Virus record (IMG/VR): IMGVR_UViG_3300037245_003898
Length of the DNA: 64,000 nt
Reading direction: 5' to 3' (one strand)
DNA from: an uncultured virus (IMG/VR IMGVR_UViG_3300037245_003898)
Taxonomy: Duplodnaviria; Heunggongvirae; Uroviricota; Caudoviricetes
The notes below the pieces were generated by a model. That model was not told the DNA's origin, did not search any database, and worked only from the letters and a program-made list of their open reading frames with translations. Below, piece by piece: positions 48,375 to 56,739 of this stretch (positions are counted from its first letter, which is position 1; each line of letters begins with the position of its first letter). A program made the translations under genes and the position numbers.

Positions 48375-48689
48375 CTATTCCTCCGCTGCTGCATCAGCCA
48401 CTTCGGTCGCCTCGGACTCTGGCTCGATACCAAGGAGGTCGCCGATTTGCGTCTCGCGGTCAGGAAAAGCCAGCGACAGGGCTTTGTGAAGCTCCACCAT
48501 CTTTAGCTTGTTTTCCGTCCCCCGATGCTCCCACATTTTTATGGTTGCATCCTGAGACTGGACCCGGGCAAGAGCATCGTAGAGTTCACGTTTCAACTCG
48601 CCGCTTCGTCGCACTTCAACTTTCGTCCAAGCAAAATACGAAAAGGCGAACATACCAATTATAACCAGCCATTTCACCAACCGTTTCAT
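48375..48689 (-). CDS. membrane-anchored coiled-coil protein
   Basis: N-terminal TM then helical segment. Confidence 0.55.
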   Translation of the reverse strand: MKRLVKWLVIIGMFAFSYFAWTKVEVRRSGELKRELYDALARVQSQDATIKMWEHRGTENKLKMVELHKALSLAFPDRETQIGDLLGIEPESEATEVADAAAEE

Positions 48690-48701
48690 GTGCAACTCCA
48701 C

Positions 48702-49454
48702 TTACTTGAAGACGAAACCAGTCTTTTGGCTCCATAGAAGCAGATCAAGCTCGTCAATGCTTATACCAACCTGCTCCGTATATGCTTTCATGGTGTCTTC
48801 TATATCACAGTACGTGGAGTTTGTCAAGGTTTTTTCGGTTGGAATCAGCTTCCGCTTACGCAATCCATTGATAATATGCACGTCCAGAATAGCTAAACCA
48901 CTCATGCCGATATTTCGCAGAAAATGACTGGCTTCTTTCAGCCCTATGCCCTTGAATTGCTTCACCAGCCATTTGCGGCGGTCTCGCAGAAACGTGAATA
49001 AATCATGGCCCAAATTAGGGTCTTCCCCTTCGTCGAAATCGCGGTGAATGCAATAATCCTTGTAGATGTCTACTAACTGTTCCCAGAAATCAGTCTCAAT
49101 GAAGGTTTTGCGGGCAGCCACGAGATATCGAGCTTTATTATTGTGGAACCTAACTTTTCCACGTAAAAAAGTAGACAGTTCTGTTAATGGAATTGAAACG
49201 CTTAGGAATGCCCGTTTACGCAGCTCTTCAATGGCGTTGTTTACCTGAACGGCTTTGGATTGAGGAACTGCCAAACAAAAACAGAGCATGTAGAAGATAT
49301 CTTCTTTGTTCTCTTCAGTAACACCCTGTAGAATCCCCGTGGCACCGTTTTCCAAAGCGTCTTTGATTCCAACAGCCCCGTGAGCAGAGCTATATTCCTG
49401 GACTCGATATTGTCGTTGGTCTGCTTCGATCCAGTTTTGCAAAGTCACACTCAT
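48702..49454 (-). CDS. ogg: 8-oxoguanine DNA glycosylase/AP lyase (archaeal/Thermotoga-type Ogg)
   Basis: LCFCL..Q, RFHNNKARYL, KGIGLKEASHFLRNIG..LAILDVHI, ELDLLLW; start refined to MSVTLQ. Confidence 0.88.
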   Translation of the reverse strand: MSVTLQNWIEADQRQYRVQEYSSAHGAVGIKDALENGATGILQGVTEENKEDIFYMLCFCLAVPQSKAVQVNNAIEELRKRAFLSVSIPLTELSTFLRGKVRFHNNKARYLVAARKTFIETDFWEQLVDIYKDYCIHRDFDEGEDPNLGHDLFTFLRDRRKWLVKQFKGIGLKEASHFLRNIGMSGLAILDVHIINGLRKRKLIPTEKTLTNSTYCDIEDTMKAYTEQVGISIDELDLLLWSQKTGFVFK

Positions 49455-49506
49455 AATCTCATTATACAACACGGCCCAGTGACCTACAAAAGGGTTTACC
49501 GAAGTT

Positions 49507-49541
49507 AGAACAAATAGGCGGGCTACCACATGGCAGCCCGC
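49507..49541 (-). terminator. probable intrinsic terminator
   Basis: GGCGGGCT...AGCCCGCC hairpin followed by TATTTGTTCT on the minus strand. Confidence 0.55.
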
Positions 49542-49569
49542 CCGGTCAGCTCCCGATCTCCCCGTCATC

Positions 49570-49707
49570 TCATGGTTTCTTTGACCGCCAGACCAGCCGC
49601 CAGTCGGCCAGATATAGTCCCGCGCATAAGACCGCCAGCAGGACGAAAGCCCACATCCCAACGCCAGCCCAGTTGATCCCTTGACTTATGATTTCACTGC
49701 CACTCAT
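49570..49707 (-). CDS. small single-pass membrane protein (45 aa)
   Basis: MSGSEIISQGINWAGVGMWAFVLLAVLCAGLYLADWRLVWRSKKP; ATGA overlap with upstream gene; below ORF-track cutoff. Confidence 0.6.
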   Translation of the reverse strand: MSGSEIISQGINWAGVGMWAFVLLAVLCAGLYLADWRLVWRSKKP

Positions 49708-50594
49708 GGTAGCGGCTCCGCTTCGAGATGCTCTGACAGACAATGCTCTCGGCGACAGTCGTCAAGGTCGTTCTGGAAGAAGACATAACAATTGGCGATG
49801 TCATTTTTGAAGTCCAGATAGCAACCGAAGATTGCGACCGCCGCGCCCACCAAAGCCCCCAGCCCGCAGAGGACCAGGATAACCTTCACCCCAGCAGCCC
49901 CCGCCGCACCACCGGTCTTGAGTTTTCCGATCACGCAGCCGAGAAAACCACCTACTCCTGCGCCAGTGGCACCGTCCCTGTAGCAGCAGGTAGAAAAATC
50001 GTTATCTGCTACTGTCTTGCATGTACCGAGATCGTCACCGGCTTCATCGACGCAATCATCATACCCATCCGGGTCTTTATCGCAACGATATTTGATCTCC
50101 AGTGGGGTTCTTTCTCCATCCATGATGAAGAGGTGATGCTGCCGTGGCAACTCTCCCAGTGGATCATCGAACGATACGGTCAATCCGGCGAATTTGACAT
50201 CGCTATTGATGAAGCCCTGGACGAATGATGCGGTTGAGTTGGTCGCTTGTAGATCAGCGAGTACTCTTGCGCCGAGGCTGTACGACGCCCAGTCTCCGCT
50301 CTGCCAATTCATTTTCGTCACGGTGAAGTCGAAGTGATCCGACAGCCCTCGTAATCCAGCCATGTCGTAGTCGGGATCAGGGGCAAGGATTTCTTCGTCG
50401 ATCGCCACCCACATATCGTCGCGGAAGCTGTGATTTTCCCATCCCAGACAGTCAAAGGCGTTTGCCTGAGATGCTGCGATATCACTCCACGGGTTGTAGG
50501 GGATTGCTGCAATCTGCTGCTCACTCGCCAGCGCCTTGATTGCGACTGGCCCCCAGCTCAGATTAAGAACCAAACCAATCATCAGTAGTCTCAT
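49704..50594 (-). CDS. secreted protein with C-terminal Cys-ladder / glycine-zipper hairpin
   Basis: AAGGAG SD, signal peptide MRLLMIGLVL...ALA; periodic Cys flanking GAGVGG/GALVGA hydrophobic segments. Confidence 0.65.
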   Translation of the reverse strand: MRLLMIGLVLNLSWGPVAIKALASEQQIAAIPYNPWSDIAASQANAFDCLGWENHSFRDDMWVAIDEEILAPDPDYDMAGLRGLSDHFDFTVTKMNWQSGDWASYSLGARVLADLQATNSTASFVQGFINSDVKFAGLTVSFDDPLGELPRQHHLFIMDGERTPLEIKYRCDKDPDGYDDCVDEAGDDLGTCKTVADNDFSTCCYRDGATGAGVGGFLGCVIGKLKTGGAAGAAGVKVILVLCGLGALVGAAVAIFGCYLDFKNDIANCYVFFQNDLDDCRREHCLSEHLEAEPLP

Positions 50595-50653
50595 TACGGT
50601 CTCCTTCAGTCGGACAGGGCTAATTAGATTTGCTAAATTTTTCAGGCAAGAGA

Positions 50654-50681
50654 AGTGTAACCCAATTTTCCTGTTTGTCAA
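50654..50681 (-). promoter_or_regulatory. sigma70-like promoter
   Basis: TTGACA-N16-TACACT upstream of 49704..50594. Confidence 0.5.
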
Positions 50682-50728
50682 GGAAATTCTCTTGCCTATC
50701 TTACCAATATACTTTTTCGGACCAGGGC

Positions 50729-50757
50729 TTGACAAACCCGTCCGATATTTATACTAT
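50729..50757 (+). promoter_or_regulatory. sigma70-like promoter
   Basis: TTGACA-N17-TACTAT upstream of the only plus-strand gene. Confidence 0.6.
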
Positions 50758-50798
50758 GCCCGCTGGATTTCTGACCCTCCATATAAGGATAATTCGCC

Positions 50799-50999
50799 GT
50801 GGCTGTAAGGAAAAAAAGTGTTCGCAATCGAGCCACTCAGGAACGAACACAAGTCAAGAAGGACATGAATGTCACCAATCAGATTCGGGAAAGAGCTTAC
50901 CTGCTCTACTTGGATCGAGCCCAGACCCAGAAGCCTGGGGACCAGACCAGCGATTGGCTACAGGCTGAACAACAAGTCGAAACGCTGAACACTCAGTGA
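50799..50999 (+). CDS. DUF2934-domain small protein
   Basis: IRERAYLLY.....PG....DWLQAE signature; own promoter and terminator. Confidence 0.8.
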   Translation: MAVRKKSVRNRATQERTQVKKDMNVTNQIRERAYLLYLDRAQTQKPGDQTSDWLQAEQQVETLNTQ

Positions 51000-51004
51000 G
51001 AACT

Positions 51005-51032
51005 AAAAAAGGCCCCGGTAAGGGGCCTTTTT
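51005..51032. terminator. bidirectional intrinsic terminator
   Basis: AAAAAAGGCCCC-GGTAA-GGGGCCTTTTT between convergent genes. Confidence 0.85.
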
Positions 51033-51039
51033 GATACAC

Positions 51040-51073
51040 AAAAATCAGGGCACCATTTACATGATGCCCTGAT
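51040..51073 (-). terminator. terminator downstream of tmRNA
   Basis: ATCAGGGCA...TGCCCTGAT stem followed by TTTT on the minus strand. Confidence 0.7.
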
Positions 51074-51080
51074 CAATTAG

Positions 51081-51451
51081 TGGAACCGGGCGGACTCGAA
51101 CCGCCGTCCATAAGCGTTTCTGTCATAGCGTCTACACGGTTAGTCAGACTTTTGCCTTTGTCCATAATCCCCGTCTGACATGGGTGTTACGAACGCATTC
51201 TGCGTTTATTAGCCAGTCCGCAAATACGACTGAGGAGGCTGAGTGGGCCTTCCGCCACCCGCTAATCGACGCCCTATTCCGTTCGCGGGATACGGAGAGG
51301 ACGGTCTCGTTTATCTGCTGTTAGGCAGCGAGACGGACGGGTGCGCTGTTGTTAGCACCTAAATTGTGAATCCCTTTTATACTGGCCTGGGATTCAACCA
51401 GTCCGTGCAACTATCGACATCAACTCGCCATGTCGAATGCCTGTCGGTCCC
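51081..51451 (-). ncRNA. ssrA: tmRNA (one-piece), tag peptide (A)ANNSAPVRLAA
   Basis: 5' GGGACCG...TTCGAC; 3' GGCGG-TTCGAGT-CCGCC T-arm then CGGTTCCA; acceptor stem has G3.U wobble; tag ORF 51356..51321 ends LAA-TAA; CCA not encoded. Confidence 0.95.
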
Positions 51452-51480
51452 ATATGTCGTTTCAACTCACTAAGTCAGAA

Positions 51481-51492
51481 TGTCAAAGAACA
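51481..51492 (-). promoter_or_regulatory. boxA-like antitermination element
   Basis: TGTTCTTTGACA resembles the rrn boxA consensus TGCTCTTTAACA, ~30 nt upstream of the tmRNA. Confidence 0.5.
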
Positions 51493-51620
51493 AATGCCCG
51501 CCTTTCGCATCGACAGGTGAGTGCTGGTGGACGGGCGACCAACATCCCATTGCCTTTCACGCCGATACGGGCCTGTACGCTAGGCTCGCCCCGAGGGGCA
51601 GCTTCGGTCAGGTGAAGATC

Positions 51621-51648
51621 ATTATACCATACGCCGAAAGATTGTCAA
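51621..51648 (-). promoter_or_regulatory. strong sigma70-like promoter for tmRNA
   Basis: TTGACA-N16-TATAAT with extended -10 TG. Confidence 0.8.
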
Positions 51649-51652
51649 GCTC

Positions 51653-52156
51653 CTATTTCTTTTCTGCGATATCCCTGATTTTAGCCTGGATATGCTTCTG
51701 CGCGAAATATTGCTTAAGAACTTGAAGCATTACAAACTCTCTCGACCCATCTGCATCTTCGGGGTAGCTCTCGTGCAAATCAAAATCTTTATTGCCAAGA
51801 GCATCTGCGATTGGCTTAGAAAACTCCCTGCCATCGCTGTACAACATTTGAACCATATCAAATACTGGCCCTCTCTCCGGAATGCCGCTGAATGCACGGG
51901 GATGCACCGAACCATTCCTATTGATAAGCAGACCCCGCTTGTCAGCAAAAGACCACTTAGCGGGGTAGTCTTTGCTGCCCGTGTAATAGGGGTACGCCCG
52001 GGCGCTCCCATTGCCGCCATCGGGAGGGGTCTCGGGCGGCGACGGCGGTTCAACATCCTCGCAGACAACGTTTACTCTTCGACGCTCCCCTTTTGTGGTC
52101 AGCACCGACAAGGTTCGTTGCGTATCCTTGTTTTTCTGAACTCGTAGCAGATACAT
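51653..52156 (-). CDS. hypothetical protein
   Basis: GAGGAG SD; Pro-rich linker PPSPPETPP. Confidence 0.55.
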   Translation of the reverse strand: MYLLRVQKNKDTQRTLSVLTTKGERRRVNVVCEDVEPPSPPETPPDGGNGSARAYPYYTGSKDYPAKWSFADKRGLLINRNGSVHPRAFSGIPERGPVFDMVQMLYSDGREFSKPIADALGNKDFDLHESYPEDADGSREFVMLQVLKQYFAQKHIQAKIRDIAEKK

Positions 52157-52166
52157 CGAGATCTCC

Positions 52167-53927
52167 TCAAATCTTCGTAAGGTTCCAACCGTCAGAAACT
52201 GACTTGCGCACTTTCACTTCTGTTCCATCCGCTTCTACGAACTTGGATTCATAGTCCTTGTTCTTCCTGACTTTACGCACAATGTCCGGATCTTTTTTAT
52301 TACCTAGCCTACGCGCCATCAGCCACAATCGCCCTGGCGATTTGTTGCTCTTTCTTTTTTTGTAGCCAACCTTAATGGCTACTTCATCTTGCGTCTCCAA
52401 GGGATAAAGACGTTCGAATTTCTCACGCAACTCCTGCTTTTCATCTTCCGACATGCTGTCCGCAATAGCGTCACAAATATCCTGGACAACTTTTTTAGCG
52501 GTATCCTCGTATGCCAGCCTGAAGTTCTCCAGCAAAGGGGAACCGAATAAACGGTCAATCATGGTATCAAAGGAAAACTCGGATATCTCAACTTTCTCAC
52601 CCGAGGTTTTCAAGCTTTGAATGCTTTCTACTGACAAGCTCATCAGAATAAACGGACTTCGAGTAGCGCCCGATTGCCAAATATCCTGGAAATCGGGCCA
52701 TTCATCCCTGTCGTTGAACTTCGGAGGTCTGTTGGCGTGATATCCACCTGCGAATGCCGTCAGGAAACCACTAAGGGTAGGATAATACCATACCGCATAA
52801 CTACGCAGTCTTTCGCACACATCCCTGTCACCCTCCCTGGCTAAGTCGGCAATCGAGGGAACTGTCATTACTATATTGGGGGCTCTGTGCCCACGTCGCA
52901 TATCCGATGGAGGCCGCTCTCCATATTCATCGCCAACACCACGTTTGAAACTCTGTCCCACACCATCTCCATCGCGCAAATTCAAAAGTCGCCGATGATG
53001 ACGATCTTGCAGCCCTAAAAAGAACTCAAGCTCCAGACTGCAACCCAGTACCCACTCTTGTTCCTCGCCATCCTCTTTGGTAGTGATTTTAACGGTCTTG
53101 TCGATCTTGCGCGAATCGAGGCTGTAACGTCTACGGTATTCATCCGCATTACAATACCACAAACGGCTTTCTCTCTCAGAAAGCGGACCCGACATACAGG
53201 CCGACAATGAGGGGATCTTCCGGTCGGGGCCAACTATGATTCCCCTGGCATAATGGATCTCAGGATATGGGGTCTTATTACCCAGTAAGCGAGCAAACGA
53301 ATTCATCACCTGAGTCGTGACAAAACCCCCGGAAGCGGAGTTTTTTGCTACCTCTATTGTTTCGTCGAGTTCAGGGATCGTAATCTGCCGAGGGAAGGGG
53401 AACAAATAAATCACGTCGTATTTATCCAGAGCATCTTTTCCCATCCACTTACGCACAATCGGAGCCCACTGTTTCGTAACATCCTTGCAAACAGCGGACC
53501 CGTCTCGGGTAAAGTCAACTCTTCCGACTACCAAATCGCCGTTGGGTAATTTTGCCGCCACGACCGTATGCTCAGCCCCAGGTGACGACGAACAAAATCC
53601 TGAAAGTCCGATCCCGCAGCCTCTCATCGCCACGCGGCCCATGGCTGATATATGGGGAGGTAACCAAATATCCAACAGTTCATCGAGGCTTTTGGGGCCA
53701 TCATTATGACAGGCCACCAACAGATAGAAATCTCTTAGTTTTGGATGGGATGCGCTCACAGCCCAAAACTCAGGGACAATCTGGTCCTGAACCTTTTTTT
53801 TGCCGTAAGCGTAACAGTTAAACACTGCCTCAGTCAGGCAGTGAACAACTCTTCCCAGAATATCTCGCATAGCTAGTTTTTTTGCCAGACTGAACGTCGG
53901 GCTAAGTCGAAATTCGCCTTTCATCAT
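52167..53927 (-). CDS. hypothetical protein with degenerate GHKL-like N-terminal domain
   Basis: LTEAVFNC (ExxxN), HNDG, RGCGIG resemble GHKL motifs I-III. Confidence 0.4.
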   Translation of the reverse strand: MMKGEFRLSPTFSLAKKLAMRDILGRVVHCLTEAVFNCYAYGKKKVQDQIVPEFWAVSASHPKLRDFYLLVACHNDGPKSLDELLDIWLPPHISAMGRVAMRGCGIGLSGFCSSSPGAEHTVVAAKLPNGDLVVGRVDFTRDGSAVCKDVTKQWAPIVRKWMGKDALDKYDVIYLFPFPRQITIPELDETIEVAKNSASGGFVTTQVMNSFARLLGNKTPYPEIHYARGIIVGPDRKIPSLSACMSGPLSERESRLWYCNADEYRRRYSLDSRKIDKTVKITTKEDGEEQEWVLGCSLELEFFLGLQDRHHRRLLNLRDGDGVGQSFKRGVGDEYGERPPSDMRRGHRAPNIVMTVPSIADLAREGDRDVCERLRSYAVWYYPTLSGFLTAFAGGYHANRPPKFNDRDEWPDFQDIWQSGATRSPFILMSLSVESIQSLKTSGEKVEISEFSFDTMIDRLFGSPLLENFRLAYEDTAKKVVQDICDAIADSMSEDEKQELREKFERLYPLETQDEVAIKVGYKKRKSNKSPGRLWLMARRLGNKKDPDIVRKVRKNKDYESKFVEADGTEVKVRKSVSDGWNLTKI

Positions 53928-54928
53928 TCGGCTCCCAGAAGTCGCAGTTTTGCAGCCAAAATGCGGGCCACAGTCGCATCCAATCGAGGGAGAAACTCAT
54001 CTGACAGTATGTCGATAGGCAAATAAGCCGCCCGGCGAGCCAACTCTCTTTTGTCCATTTCCATGGGTTTTTGCCTTTGCTGGCCTGATGCCTTTGATGC
54101 CCGCTTCCGTTTTGAAGTCGATTCCTTTTGCACTGCGAGATTGATCTCACGAAGAGCCTGCCCCCATTGATCCTCACTCCAATCAACTGGGCATTTCGCT
54201 GTAAGCATATAAGTAGCGGGACGAGAACCAATAGCCTGTAAGTAACCACCTTTTTTGAGCAAAAAAATCGTCATACTGAGTGGTTTACGTGCAGCATCAG
54301 GCGAAGATCTTTTCATCCTGGCAATCAAACCCGGGCTATCATCCGAGACTACATCCCGCAGCCAGCGAACAGCAACCGCTGCCCCCCTCGACATAAGGCG
54401 ATAAGTTGGCGGTAATTCCGGCATGACCTCTGCCTTTCGTTTTGCCTTAGCCTTAGCCTTAGCCTTAGCCTTAGTAGCCTTAGCCCGAGCCTTTTCATTA
54501 TCGCGATGTTTATCCCTGTGAAAACGCTCTATTGCCCACATAAGCTCTCTGCGGGTATGCCCAAAAGCCTTCGCAGTCAACTTATAGCACGCTTGAGAAT
54601 TCAATCGCTCCAGAAAACCCGCCTCACAAGCATTGGAGATACGAAAACTCGCGTTTGCCCGTCTTTTCTTCTTGTCGTTCGTAACAAGAAACCCATCAGC
54701 GACAATCTGCTCCCAAATGCCGTCCTCGACATCAGCTAAATAAAACGACTCACGAATTTGACTCGCAAGCATTCTTCCTATAAATTGAAGCGAGACAGCC
54801 CGAGTGTCCCAGCCATCTGGAACCTTTATCTCTCTAATTGGGAGATGCGGAGGAAGCCGAAGCGGACGCGGACGCGGACTAACTCGGTCGAGGATGTGGA
54901 TATTCGTTTCGAGACGATCTGTAGTCAT
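53924..54928 (-). CDS. putative DNA-binding protein with two winged-helix-like repeats
   Basis: GFLERL...YKLTAK and GYLQAI...YMLTAK separated by an AK-rich linker; start refined to follow the promoter. Confidence 0.5.
   Translation of the reverse strand: MTTDRLETNIHILDRVSPRPRPLRLPPHLPIREIKVPDGWDTRAVSLQFIGRMLASQIRESFYLADVEDGIWEQIVADGFLVTNDKKKRRANASFRISNACEAGFLERLNSQACYKLTAKAFGHTRRELMWAIERFHRDKHRDNEKARAKATKAKAKAKAKAKRKAEVMPELPPTYRLMSRGAAVAVRWLRDVVSDDSPGLIARMKRSSPDAARKPLSMTIFLLKKGGYLQAIGSRPATYMLTAKCPVDWSEDQWGQALREINLAVQKESTSKRKRASKASGQQRQKPMEMDKRELARRAAYLPIDILSDEFLPRLDATVARILAAKLRLLGAE
54444..54482. repeat. in-frame hexanucleotide repeat (GCCTTA)5 + 1
   Basis: Encodes the (KA)n linker in 53924..54928. 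Confidence 0.85.
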
Positions 54929-54936
54929 GATACATG

Positions 54937-54964
54937 AGTATACGATTCTGGACAAATTTGTCAA
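54937..54964 (-). promoter_or_regulatory. sigma70-like promoter
   Basis: TTGACA-N16-TATACT, 8 nt before ATG 54928. Confidence 0.6.
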
Positions 54965-55641
54965 GGAATAGCCGTGAAATTCTGGAAGTCGTTATCCCCA
55001 CGGGATTTAGCAGCATCTATAACCGCGTTGATCGTCCGTCGCAAATAATCCAAAGCTTCATCAATCAGATCAAGCCAACATGGGAGGACCATATCAAAGC
55101 TAAATCCAGATTGTAAAGCATGATGAAGTTGTATGGATTCTTTCGTGTAGTGCCACAGCTTCTTCGGGCTAAAGGAAACATAAGCATCAGCCAGATTATC
55201 CATCCTGTCCAAACATTTGATAATCCGAGCCTCGTTGCTCATTTTTTTGGCTTTGTCCAGAAGTTGTTCCAGTTTGATGCGACGACGCTCCCGAACGTTG
55301 TCCGCTATGACATCGGGCCGAGTAAGCTCTAAAGCAACCCCAATTGCTCTCTCAGAGATCCCTGCCTCACGAGCATCATCAGGAGTGAGTTTGGTATCTT
55401 CAAAAACATCATGTAACAAAATGGCGGCTCGCACATATGGCTCTGAGATGTGCAAAACGGTTTCTGCGAAGGTCAACATCCGAAACGGATGGAGTGCATA
55501 GACAACCTGATTCTTTCGCCGCCATTGGTCTCGATGCCCCAGCATGCAAAGATTCATCGCTTCGGTGACTTCAAAATGACCTACAGCAAGATCGCCGTTG
55601 AAAGCCTTCTCGTAAATCTCTCGTGTATCATCACTTCTCAT
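54961..55641 (-). CDS. HD-domain small alarmone hydrolase-like protein (Mesh1/SpoT HD)
   Basis: HRDQWRR..Y.LHP, AAILLHDVFEDT, IKCLDRMDNL. Confidence 0.8.
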   Translation of the reverse strand: MRSDDTREIYEKAFNGDLAVGHFEVTEAMNLCMLGHRDQWRRKNQVVYALHPFRMLTFAETVLHISEPYVRAAILLHDVFEDTKLTPDDAREAGISERAIGVALELTRPDVIADNVRERRRIKLEQLLDKAKKMSNEARIIKCLDRMDNLADAYVSFSPKKLWHYTKESIQLHHALQSGFSFDMVLPCWLDLIDEALDYLRRTINAVIDAAKSRGDNDFQNFTAIP

Positions 55642-55672
55642 ATTTTCACTATACATCCGACCTCTCTGTTAG

Positions 55673-55975
55673 TCAACCCTTCTTCCGTGCTTTCTTTTTG
55701 GGCTTGAAACCCGCTGGACGCTTAGCAACCCATTCCGAGAACTTAGCTATCCCTTTATGTTTCTTCAGCCTGGCAACAGTGTTATGTTTATCTCCAAGTT
55801 CTTTTTCAGTAAACAGGGCGTGCATATTAGAGTGACAAGGGCGACAAGTATCGATGGTTTTCTTGGGCTCTGTAACTGCTTTATCCTTGCGTTTACGGCG
55901 CACCACCATCCGAGGAATCAGATGATGTCTCGTTAATTCTTCTTCTCGGCCACAAAGAGCACAAACGCCTGTCAT
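55673..55975 (-). CDS. HNH-like small protein
   Basis: CALCGR..LTRHHLIP...CRPCH..MH. Confidence 0.8.
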   Translation of the reverse strand: MTGVCALCGREEELTRHHLIPRMVVRRKRKDKAVTEPKKTIDTCRPCHSNMHALFTEKELGDKHNTVARLKKHKGIAKFSEWVAKRPAGFKPKKKARKKG

Positions 55976-56739
55976 TTCAGGTCTCTCGAATCGGTCGCTT
56001 GCAAAATCCAGTCATCCCATTCGCAGCAATATGCTGTTAGATAATTGTCCAAATAAGCCCCAGTGTCAATCAAACGCATTTTATCATATTTGATTGGTAT
56101 TGGAGACTGATATGCTTGAGTGGGAGTATGTCCGAACACTCCAATTTTATCCCATTGAAGCTTATTTTTCACATCCAGGCCACCTGCTGGTGACACAGGA
56201 AATCGGCTCCATAGAGCTTCATCGTTGCGGTCGCTGGGCATGAACTTCAAATCCCGCGGCAGTTCTTCGGTAGGCCGTACATAAGCATGGCAGGCAAAAT
56301 GTGTTTCATTTTCCCAATATAGAGTCAAATTGCGGAAGAATTGTTTATGTTCTTCTGGAACGGCTGCCCGCCAAATCTCTAGGCTGCTCATCATTCCGTC
56401 AAAAGTGACTCCATAGCTATTGACTGCGGAGATGAAACCATTGTAAGCCCACCACGAGAGAATTTGGGTAATTGGGTCTCGCTTCCAATCATCATTGCTT
56501 AGTGCATGACCATTTAATAAATAGTCGATTACATCGTCATGATTACCACGTAAAAAAGTGGTTTCATAGTCTTTTTGTAAACCCAAAAGAACATCAATTA
56601 CGGATTTCGTATGAAGACCACGATCACCATAGTCACCTAAGAACACAAACTGGGGATGTTTATCAGCACCAAAAACTTTGTCGAGCAATTTCTGGAGGGT
56701 ATAACAGCATCCATGGATATCTGATATTAGCCAAATCAT
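55972..56739 (-). CDS. metallophosphoesterase (PPP/ApaH/NinI-like)
   Basis: SDIHG, LGDYGDRG, LRGNHD, FGHTP, IDTGA. Confidence 0.9.
   Translation of the reverse strand: MIWLISDIHGCCYTLQKLLDKVFGADKHPQFVFLGDYGDRGLHTKSVIDVLLGLQKDYETTFLRGNHDDVIDYLLNGHALSNDDWKRDPITQILSWWAYNGFISAVNSYGVTFDGMMSSLEIWRAAVPEEHKQFFRNLTLYWENETHFACHAYVRPTEELPRDLKFMPSDRNDEALWSRFPVSPAGGLDVKNKLQWDKIGVFGHTPTQAYQSPIPIKYDKMRLIDTGAYLDNYLTAYCCEWDDWILQATDSRDLK

Noticed and set aside
49455..49661. N-terminal extension of Ogg given in the ORF track
   Set aside because: It spans a terminator hairpin and the small TM gene; ATG 49454 after GTATAAT fits better.
51430..51725. Plus-strand ORFs 51430..51615 and 51480..51725
   Set aside because: They are antisense to the tmRNA leader and promoter, with no SD or protein-like signal.
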